Part shown: positions 25,632 to 32,000 of the stretch, in pieces
Layout: every line of letters begins with the position of its first letter
Position numbering within the stretch: the first letter of the stretch is position 1
Source: an archaeon
GTDB taxonomy: Archaea; Asgardarchaeota; Thorarchaeia; Thorarchaeales; Thorarchaeaceae
DNA: 32,000 nt
Assembly (NCBI GenBank): GCA_024275415.1
Contig: JAJRZD010000014.1
Location: 30,001 to 62,000, forward strand
Reading direction: 5' to 3'
Translations under genes and position numbers: made by a program
Notes under the pieces: generated by a model
Databases searched by the model: none
Told to the model about the DNA's origin: nothing
What the model saw: the letters and a program-made list of their open reading frames with translations, nothing else

Positions 25632-27632
25632 TTAGAAGTATCCAGTTATCCAGTATATGCTTCTTCGCACCAATAACCAATCATCTTCTGCCCCATAATA
25701 ATTATTCAAGCCAAAATTATCCAGAAAGGAATTCGTTCCTGTGACAATCATCCTTGCCGAAGAGCGCCCTTCTGATGCAGCTAGAACCGGTTTTAATGCT
25801 GTATGAGATGCCCCATTCTTATCTATCCAGCTGAACACCTCATATGCAAGGACTGTTGCATTGCCGCTAACATTCAGCGACGCTCCATAATAATCGAACG
25901 ATTGGACACCTGATGTTATCTCGTGTTCACGGACATTAACAACTTGTACGGCATTTGGAAGTCCTTCGTGCATAACGACAGAGGTTGGAACCCTATCGAA
26001 GTTCAAACTGAAGTTAAAAGCAGAAAACAGACGATTAGCATTGGAAACATCGATGCTCCGGTTATCTCCGCCAGTGATAAGAAGATTGCCGCCTTTCTCC
26101 CAATACGTTCGGTATACCTCAATCTCTTCTTGTGAATATGGGATGGAGCCCGACTGGACTAACTTTCCTTCGCGTTCTACGAATTCCCACCTACTCGGAT
26201 TGAGTACGATTATTGCATCAAACTGCCTAAACCTATTCAAAGTGATTTCAGACCTGTCGCGTAGTTCCTCAACTGCAAACCCAATCTCTGCGAGTTTGGA
26301 GTAAAAGCTTCTAAACTGACCATAGACTGAATCAGTCCATGACGATGAATGTGTAAAATCAAAGCCCACTTTCTTCACATATGGTGTCGCATCAAAGGCG
26401 ATAGAAGTATCAATAGCTCGATACCTATCCGAAATCAGGAATATCCTTCCCCTAAGACTTGTCCATGGAATCATTGAGTTCACCCTGATTTTGGCGTCGA
26501 ATTGCCCACTTTGATTGACTTCGATGTGCGTAGGGGCATCAATCCAAGGGCTTGCAGTCCCAGTGGTTCTTACGACGAATGATGCGTTGGTACTTGAAAA
26601 AACATTGATTCGAATTGTATATGTGGTATTCAAAAACCACCTTTCAAATTCAAAGATGCCTTGGTTTGGAGAAATCCATGCTATGAGAGGCAATCCATCA
26701 ATTTTGTCCGCACTTTTAATGAATCCTTTTGCCAGATCGACATTGACCACACCAGCCCCTACCGCCCATGGTTCACTTCCCAAGAATCTTGCACTTGATA
26801 GCAGAACCGCCTTTATCATCCCAGGGGTCCAGCGCCATCCATTGTCCTGACAGAATCGGATCAATTCTACAACAGCTGATGTTACGATTGGAGTTGATGC
26901 ACTGGTTCCTACAAACATGATTGAGTTCTCATCGTAGTATCCAGTTGCAGAGATGTCGGGTTTCAGTGACCTATCAAATGAAGGTCCGTGCCCGGAATAG
27001 GAATATGCTTTCCCATCACCGTCAATTGCTCCAACTGCAATAACCTCTGGATATACAGCAGGAGACTGTACTGAACTTCCCGCGAGTCCCTCTTTCCCAT
27101 TGTTCCCTGCTGCTGCAACAATAACAACCCCTTGCTGAAATGCCCACCTGACAACTTCTTTCATCCCATCGTTGTTTCGAGGTGAGTTACCGATGGACAG
27201 GTTGATCACATCACTGTCCTGCTCTTCCACCGCCCACCGGATTGCAGCTATTATTGCCTGAGTGGTAGCTTTATCACGCGAGTCCACGACCTTCGCGTTG
27301 ATGATTCCTGCATTAGGCGACTCGTGGATAATGATTTGGGCTACATTGGTTCCATGTAATGAACCAAATGGCTCCGAGTCCGTGGTGGAGTTGTCAGTGG
27401 TCGCATAACCATAGGTTTCATTGATGAAACTTGCCTCTGCTATGATATAAGATGAAAGCCGTTCATCAGGAGTGATTCCAGAATCAATTACCGCCACCCT
27501 GACTGAGATATCCGGAGGACCAAACACCTTGGGCAAGATAAGGAATCCGAAAGTGAATGCTACGAAGATGATTGCGATGACCAAGAGGGCGGTTCCTCTT
27601 TTCGGGTCGTAGTCATCTATCTCATCATCCAT
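25632..27632 (-). CDS. Membrane-anchored S8 subtilase with MBTPS1/Site-1-protease-like C-terminal architecture
   Basis: TM at aa 15-33; triad D50 (VAVIDSG), H93 (HGTNVA), S244 (GTSAS), oxyanion N177 (AAGN); then a beta-rich domain and a GATase-like/DUF4350-type domain (FDFTH...QFRSFYSKLAEIGFAVEEL...GGNLLITG). Confidence 0.85.
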   Translation of the reverse strand: MDDEIDDYDPKRGTALLVIAIIFVAFTFGFLILPKVFGPPDISVRVAVIDSGITPDERLSSYIIAEASFINETYGYATTDNSTTDSEPFGSLHGTNVAQIIIHESPNAGIINAKVVDSRDKATTQAIIAAIRWAVEEQDSDVINLSIGNSPRNNDGMKEVVRWAFQQGVVIVAAAGNNGKEGLAGSSVQSPAVYPEVIAVGAIDGDGKAYSYSGHGPSFDRSLKPDISATGYYDENSIMFVGTSASTPIVTSAVVELIRFCQDNGWRWTPGMIKAVLLSSARFLGSEPWAVGAGVVNVDLAKGFIKSADKIDGLPLIAWISPNQGIFEFERWFLNTTYTIRINVFSSTNASFVVRTTGTASPWIDAPTHIEVNQSGQFDAKIRVNSMIPWTSLRGRIFLISDRYRAIDTSIAFDATPYVKKVGFDFTHSSSWTDSVYGQFRSFYSKLAEIGFAVEELRDRSEITLNRFRQFDAIIVLNPSRWEFVEREGKLVQSGSIPYSQEEIEVYRTYWEKGGNLLITGGDNRSIDVSNANRLFSAFNFSLNFDRVPTSVVMHEGLPNAVQVVNVREHEITSGVQSFDYYGASLNVSGNATVLAYEVFSWIDKNGASHTALKPVLAASEGRSSARMIVTGTNSFLDNFGLNNYYGAEDDWLLVRRSIYWITGYF

Positions 27633-27766
27633 CTCACAGCAATCCTTGTCTTTGTCTGCATGGACTATGGTGTTGTAAATAAAGAATAATGCGAAACAAG
27701 CAACTCCCTCACATGAATGTAAATCCTTATCTTCTCACCGGGCTCAAAACAGGTGGTGGACACAAC

Positions 27767-28570
27767 ATGGTGATGGCAGACCCTGACACCTTTGAGATGC
27801 AAGAGTACGAGGGTATCGGAATCTTTGTCCCAGGTCAGAACTATGAACGAGAACTTGATGGTAGGGGAATGTTCAAAATCCTGCTTCTGACATTGGCTTC
27901 TTTTGGCACTACCCTTGGGCTCGCTTTTTTGCTGTTGATTCCTTTAATGGTCGCCAATCTGATATACTTCGACATGTACGGGGTTGTTTCTTTTGGCCCT
28001 TGGGCATACGTCCTGTTGACAACCACTGAATTTGGTTTCATCATCCCTCCCATCTGGTATGTCCGCAAGAGAGGTTTCTCTCTAAGATCCGTTGGTATTT
28101 TGATGAATCAACCTCTCAAGGAGATTGTGCTCGGCCTCGTCTTTGGTGTGGCCATGATATCTGTCAACATAGCTATAACTTGGGTCATTGCCGAGTACTC
28201 GGGGATTGGACATGACAGCTCAGAATCCCCGTTTATCGCAAGCGATTGGGTCGAGGTCATTGGCTGGATCGTGGTGATGTTCGTAGCGGTAGGATTCAGC
28301 GAAGAATTGCTATTCCGAGGGTTCCTGCAAAAACGTATGGAGATTTATTTTAGGGCCAAGTCCGGACGCTACAAGCTCCTAGCTCTGGTCATCACATCTG
28401 CACTTTTCGCAGCAATGCACTTCGAATTGATTGGGCTACTAACCCGTTTCATACTCGGGCTGTTCTTAGGCTATCTCTGCCAGAAAAGGAAGTATTCTAT
28501 CTTGGGGCCTTCAATCGCACACGGGTTCAACAATTCCATGGTTATCATACTCGTCTTTCTAGGCTTCTAA
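27767..28570 (+). CDS. CPBP (Abi/Rce1-like) intramembrane glutamic endopeptidase
   Basis: SEELLFRG, LFAAMH, AHGFNN motifs; multiple TM segments. Start moved from 27689 to ATG 27767 after GGTGG. Confidence 0.9.
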   Translation: MVMADPDTFEMQEYEGIGIFVPGQNYERELDGRGMFKILLLTLASFGTTLGLAFLLLIPLMVANLIYFDMYGVVSFGPWAYVLLTTTEFGFIIPPIWYVRKRGFSLRSVGILMNQPLKEIVLGLVFGVAMISVNIAITWVIAEYSGIGHDSSESPFIASDWVEVIGWIVVMFVAVGFSEELLFRGFLQKRMEIYFRAKSGRYKLLALVITSALFAAMHFELIGLLTRFILGLFLGYLCQKRKYSILGPSIAHGFNNSMVIILVFLGF

Positions 28571-28579
28571 GAAAACTGG

Positions 28580-28600
28580 AGAGCGGGGTGAACCCGCTCT
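28580..28600. terminator. Hairpin between the convergent CPBP and dodecin genes
   Basis: AGAGCGGG-GTGAA-CCCGCTCT, a perfect 8-bp stem between stops at 28570 and 28616. Confidence 0.55.
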
Positions 28601-28615
28601 ACTACTATGTCCGCA

Positions 28616-28819
28616 CTATGCCTCGTATTTGAAGGCAACCTTGATGTTTGCCCTGAATGCGACGATTTTGTTATCCTCGACCTTTGCCGTGAAATGATCA
28701 ATATCGATTCCGACAATGCCACGGATGCTCTTTGCTGCCACTTCAAGGGCATTCTTGGTTGCCTCTTCCCAGCTGTTTGGACTTTCACCTATTAGTTCGA
28801 TTACCTTTACTACACCCAT
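28616..28819 (-). CDS. Dodecin (flavin-binding)
   Basis: From ATG 28819: VVKVIELIGESPNSWEEATKNALEVAAKSIRGI...FRANIKVAFKYE, 67 aa. Confidence 0.92.
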   Translation of the reverse strand: MGVVKVIELIGESPNSWEEATKNALEVAAKSIRGIVGIDIDHFTAKVEDNKIVAFRANIKVAFKYEA

Positions 28820-28896
28820 CGATTGTATCAACTCCTCGATTTGGTAAAATACCATAAGGTTTCTTTCCTTATTGGTGTTGCCCGCCTATTATTCGG

Positions 28897-30057
28897 TCAC
28901 GCTAGTGTCGTCCGCTTTACGAAAATCATCCATGCAAGAAGGAAGAGAACGAGTGATACCACGCCAAGCGTCATTATCTCTCCTGTGAACTCGACTAAGG
29001 GAATTCCCTTGAAGGCGGTATCCACCATCATAATCCTCCCAAGGTTAAGAGGGTAGACCTCATCGACTACACCCACGTCCATATAGCCAGTCCCAAAGAT
29101 CATCGACCCGAACAACAGGAAAAGAAAGGATTGATTTGCTTGGAGGCGCGTGGTCACAACTGTGGATATCAGGACCCCGAGTGCCGAACCAGATATTGAC
29201 ATCAGCCATAGGATGATATTCAGTGTCAGAAGATCGGTATTGGGCACGATTTGGAATAGACCCATCCACAAAAGCAGCAAGAAGAACCCCTGTACAACGC
29301 CGATGAAGAAATATGCCAGCGTCTTTGCAATGACCGTTTCGAATTTAGTCGCAGGTGTGAGGAGCATCCGATTCAAGGGAATGTCCCCTACAATTGCTTG
29401 TGCTGCTGTGGCTGAAACAGCGATGAACACTGAAAAGACAAGCATGAACACCCCAAAAGATGCGGCGGCCTGATTACCCTGCGGTGCAAACTCTCGGATC
29501 CGCTCAATCGCAATTTCTCCTTTCACCCACCCATGGTCATACCTGAATTCATTGACTGCATCTGAAAATATCCCATAAATTGTTCCCTGAAGCGCGAAAT
29601 CGGTGCTGCTGATATGGATGTCCACGATTGCAGGGATATCCCCTGTTATGTTTCCCTCAAACCCGTAGGGAATAACACAATATGCTTGCACAATATTCTG
29701 ATAGAGTGCCTCAAGAGCATCCTCTTCGTTTTCATATAATAGCACAATTAAGTCTGGGCTTTTTGAGAGATACCATGTGAAGTTCTCGGAAAGATCCTGT
29801 CCTGGAAATGTATCAGTAGGATCGCTATCGACCACACCGACTACTATGGCATCCTCATTCTTACCTGTGGAATCGACAGCTTTACCAATTGTGTTCTGGT
29901 TTATTGCAAAGTACATCGTTCCCATGATCATCAGTGGAAGTGCAAATACGAGGAGAAGTGCGAATTTGTCTTTCTGAATCAGCTTCAGTTCTTTCACGAA
30001 CATCGACCTGATTCTCCAGATTTTGGAGTTCTTCAACTTCTTCCCGCCCGATGACAC
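28897..30057 (-). CDS. ABC-2 family permease with extracytoplasmic domain (YbhR/YbhS-like)
   Basis: KELKLIQKDK, N-terminal TM, large loop (VGVVDSD), NRMLLTPATKFETVIAK, about 5 C-terminal TMs; GTG start after GGTGAGG. Confidence 0.85.
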   Translation of the reverse strand: MSSGGKKLKNSKIWRIRSMFVKELKLIQKDKFALLLVFALPLMIMGTMYFAINQNTIGKAVDSTGKNEDAIVVGVVDSDPTDTFPGQDLSENFTWYLSKSPDLIVLLYENEEDALEALYQNIVQAYCVIPYGFEGNITGDIPAIVDIHISSTDFALQGTIYGIFSDAVNEFRYDHGWVKGEIAIERIREFAPQGNQAAASFGVFMLVFSVFIAVSATAAQAIVGDIPLNRMLLTPATKFETVIAKTLAYFFIGVVQGFFLLLLWMGLFQIVPNTDLLTLNIILWLMSISGSALGVLISTVVTTRLQANQSFLFLLFGSMIFGTGYMDVGVVDEVYPLNLGRIMMVDTAFKGIPLVEFTGEIMTLGVVSLVLFLLAWMIFVKRTTLA

Positions 30058-30130
30058 AGTTCCTCACCTATCTGTCCTTGGTGCAGGGTGAGCAATCCTA
30101 TCCTTTTATCAGTTTCCTGACGCTTATTCT

Positions 30131-31018
30131 CTAAAGATATCCAAGGACTCCTGCACACATGAGAAGATATAGAATCATGGGGCCCTCTTTGCCCCATTGA
30201 TCTGAGATTGATTTCACTTCCTTCGTTTTGAGCCTGTTTCCATCGTTGCAGAGGTTCCCTAGGATGTTCTGTATTCCCAAATCCCCGTACGGGAATACTG
30301 AGAACTCTCCAAGTCCTGCAATTGCAAGAACATCTACAGTCCATTCTCCTATCCCTTTGAATGGGATAAGCTCCTCTCTGGCGTTCTGGTATCCCTTCCC
30401 TCGGAGCTCTTCTAGGTGTAGTTGTCCTATGACCACTGATTTACATACCCCAAGGATATAGGGCGACTTGTATCCAATTCCTAGTTTCCTCAGTCCATCA
30501 TCGCCCAATGATATCAACTCATGTGGAGTGGGGAATGCGTATGTATCAGCTTCAGCCTGTCTAGGAGAGGCAGTCTTATGGATTAACCTCTTTGTGATGA
30601 CATTGGCTGCACGATATGATATCTGCTGTTGGATTATTGTCTTAATGAGCGCCTCAAATACGGTGTCTGCAAGATATGGTCTGATGCCCTTGACTTTTTC
30701 TGCGATGGATGCAATGCTTTCTATCTCTGCAAATTTCATTAGGATGGGTTTCATGTCCATCTTCAGGTTCAAGACTATTTCGATCTTTGCTTTAATCTCC
30801 CTTGACGACAGGGACTCGTTGTCCCATTCAGTGCGTAGTTCTTGCCCGGCTTTCTGTTGGGTGACCTTCACTGGCGTAGATATGTCGTCGAAAGTGTAGA
30901 CCCTCCAGAACGAGGTGGATGAGCTCCTCTCAGGCACTGGTTGGACATCAGGGAATATCCATGAATGCACCGAGGAAATCATATCGTAGTCATCAGGAGA
31001 TTTAATGGTGAGTTCCAA
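30131..31018 (-). CDS. HhH-GPD DNA glycosylase, AlkA/3-methyladenine glycosylase II-like
   Basis: FEALIKTIIQQQIS, FPTPHEL, HhH LIPFKGIGEWTVD, catalytic FPYGDLG; TTG start. Confidence 0.88.
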   Translation of the reverse strand: MELTIKSPDDYDMISSVHSWIFPDVQPVPERSSSTSFWRVYTFDDISTPVKVTQQKAGQELRTEWDNESLSSREIKAKIEIVLNLKMDMKPILMKFAEIESIASIAEKVKGIRPYLADTVFEALIKTIIQQQISYRAANVITKRLIHKTASPRQAEADTYAFPTPHELISLGDDGLRKLGIGYKSPYILGVCKSVVIGQLHLEELRGKGYQNAREELIPFKGIGEWTVDVLAIAGLGEFSVFPYGDLGIQNILGNLCNDGNRLKTKEVKSISDQWGKEGPMILYLLMCAGVLGYL

Positions 31019-31168
31019 GGCATATCACATCCTTTCTGGTATGACGAATCATCACTCATGTCTATTGAACTTGTCCGAAGTTATGATTCATTCCAGATAT
31101 TAGATTGCTTGACAATGCCATTGGATTCTAACTTACTGCCTACTGCAGTTCCAGTCGATTTGAAGAAT

Positions 31169-31203
31169 AAAAAAGGAATACGGCAGACCCGAAGGTCTCC
31201 CGT
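31169..31203 (-). terminator. UUCG hairpin plus U-tract downstream of ssb
   Basis: Minus strand ACGGGAGACC-TTCG-GGTCTGCCGT (one G-G mismatch, C(UUCG)G loop), then ATTCCTTTTTT. Confidence 0.65.
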
Positions 31204-31233
31204 TGTTTTGTGTATTGGAATGCTACAATGGTT

Positions 31234-31767
31234 CTAGTATCTGCGACCACCGCTGCGTCGGTCTCGGCCACCATAACCGCGGCTGCCACCACCGTAACCG
31301 CCACTGCCACCCCTTCTGCCGCCATAACCGCCACCACCGCCGCCATAGCCACCACCACGGCCACCACCGCCGCCACCATAGCGTCTACGGGTGTCTTCGT
31401 GCTCCTCAGCAGACATATCATTCTCCGTGTTGACTTCCTCAATCGGTTCGTCAGCCTCAGAGAGCTTTCCATATCGACCAATGTTCAGCCGAAGGTTGCC
31501 TCTGAACAACCCAGTGTAGCCGTTCTCAAGCTTGTAGGTCGTTCCGACCTCGACCTCATCGATCGTATCATCCCAACACGGGACAGCAACTGTGCCGCTT
31601 GCATCTCCGACAACAAGGTCAAGTACTCGGTGTGTAGTTCCATCATTTCGTGAAGAAACCTCACGCTCTTCGCCCTTCTCAATAACCTTGAATGTGACGG
31701 TGAGATTCTTCTGACGTGGCTTTAGTTCAGCCACTGTAGCCTCAACAGGCTCTTGTTCGTAACTCAT
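31234..31767 (-). CDS. Single-OB-fold ssDNA-binding protein (crenarchaeal SSB/RPA-like) with a Gly-rich tail
   Basis: LKPRQKNLTVTFKVIEKG, VGDASGTV..PCWD, GYTGLFRGNLRLNIGRYG; start placed at ATG 31767. Confidence 0.88.
   Translation of the reverse strand: MSYEQEPVEATVAELKPRQKNLTVTFKVIEKGEEREVSSRNDGTTHRVLDLVVGDASGTVAVPCWDDTIDEVEVGTTYKLENGYTGLFRGNLRLNIGRYGKLSEADEPIEEVNTENDMSAEEHEDTRRRYGGGGGGRGGGYGGGGGGYGGRRGGSGGYGGGSRGYGGRDRRSGGRRY
31237..31392 (-). repeat. Low-complexity coding repeat (GGT/GGC codons) encoding the RGG/YGG tail
   Basis: Plus-strand runs of ccaccgcc / ccataaccgcc encode RRRYGGGGGGRGGGYGGGGGGYGGRRGGSGGYGGGSRGYGGRDRRSGGRRY. Confidence 0.85.
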
Positions 31768-32000
31768 GTGTATCACTCACTTATGCTTCCGCATAATTGA
31801 TTGCAGGTCGTTCAAAACTAGCGTGTTCATGGGAGGTGCGAAACGGTTGATACCAATAACGAAACTCTTTCTGACTTGTCGCATCCTGCTTGATGTTCCT
31901 GCAATCTATATGGCAACCTTGTTCCCTTATGAGCTTATGCATTGGGATGGCGCTGTAGAATAAACCACAGTTCTAGGCATTAAGTATCAGGACTTCGTCT

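Noticed and set aside
1046-30899. Numerous other 60-230 aa ORFs in the track overlapping called genes (e.g. 1898..2578, 4324..4731, 8444..8812, 13446..13997, 23720..24241, 30468..30899)
   Set aside because: They lie antisense or out of frame within motif-supported genes and show Ser/Ile/Pro-biased shadow composition.
31237-31392. CRISPR-like or VNTR array
   Set aside because: Repeats are imperfect Gly codon runs within a CDS, with no repeat-spacer periodicity.
31140-31653. Ala/Thr/Val/His-rich ORFs (31140..31481, 31203..31433, 31210..31653)
   Set aside because: Alternate-frame or antisense readings of the Gly-codon repeat in the SSB tail.
31766-32000. Short ORFs upstream of ssb (31766..31963 + and a roughly 53-codon minus frame)
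   Set aside because: No SD, motif or family support; treated as intergenic.

Overview
Gene-dense archaeal window, mostly on the minus strand. GGTGA/GGAGG Shine-Dalgarno motifs, TATA-like boxes, two Roadblock/LC7 genes, a DUF99 gene and a crenarchaeal-type SSB suggest an Asgard archaeon, possibly Thorarchaeia (inference, not a database result). From left to right: the 5' part of ino1; a decayed IS6-family transposase; an SCP2 / FAD-linked oxidase / CCG Fe-S operon; rubrerythrin; an Mre11-like nuclease with an unusually short, hook-less Rad50-like ATPase; an NROR-like flavoprotein; a HAD hydrolase; three unexplained genes; a gamma-CA-family protein; an ABC-2 exporter; a stand-alone Lrp/AsnC ligand-binding domain; an EamA transporter fused to a second such domain; a coiled-coil protein; a RimK-like ligase; glmS; a wHTH regulator; a tandem Roadblock protein; a BMP-family binding protein; an HD hydrolase; DUF99; a single Roadblock protein; a membrane-anchored Site-1-protease-like subtilase divergent from a CPBP intramembrane protease; dodecin; an ABC permease; an AlkA-like glycosylase; and an SSB with an RGG/YGG tail. 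No rRNA, tRNA or CRISPR array was recognised. Best leads are the mini Mre11-Rad50 pair, the S1P-like/CPBP protease locus, the EamA-AsnC module and an NPP1/Vps62-like orphan. All product calls come from motif recognition by eye; no searches were run.
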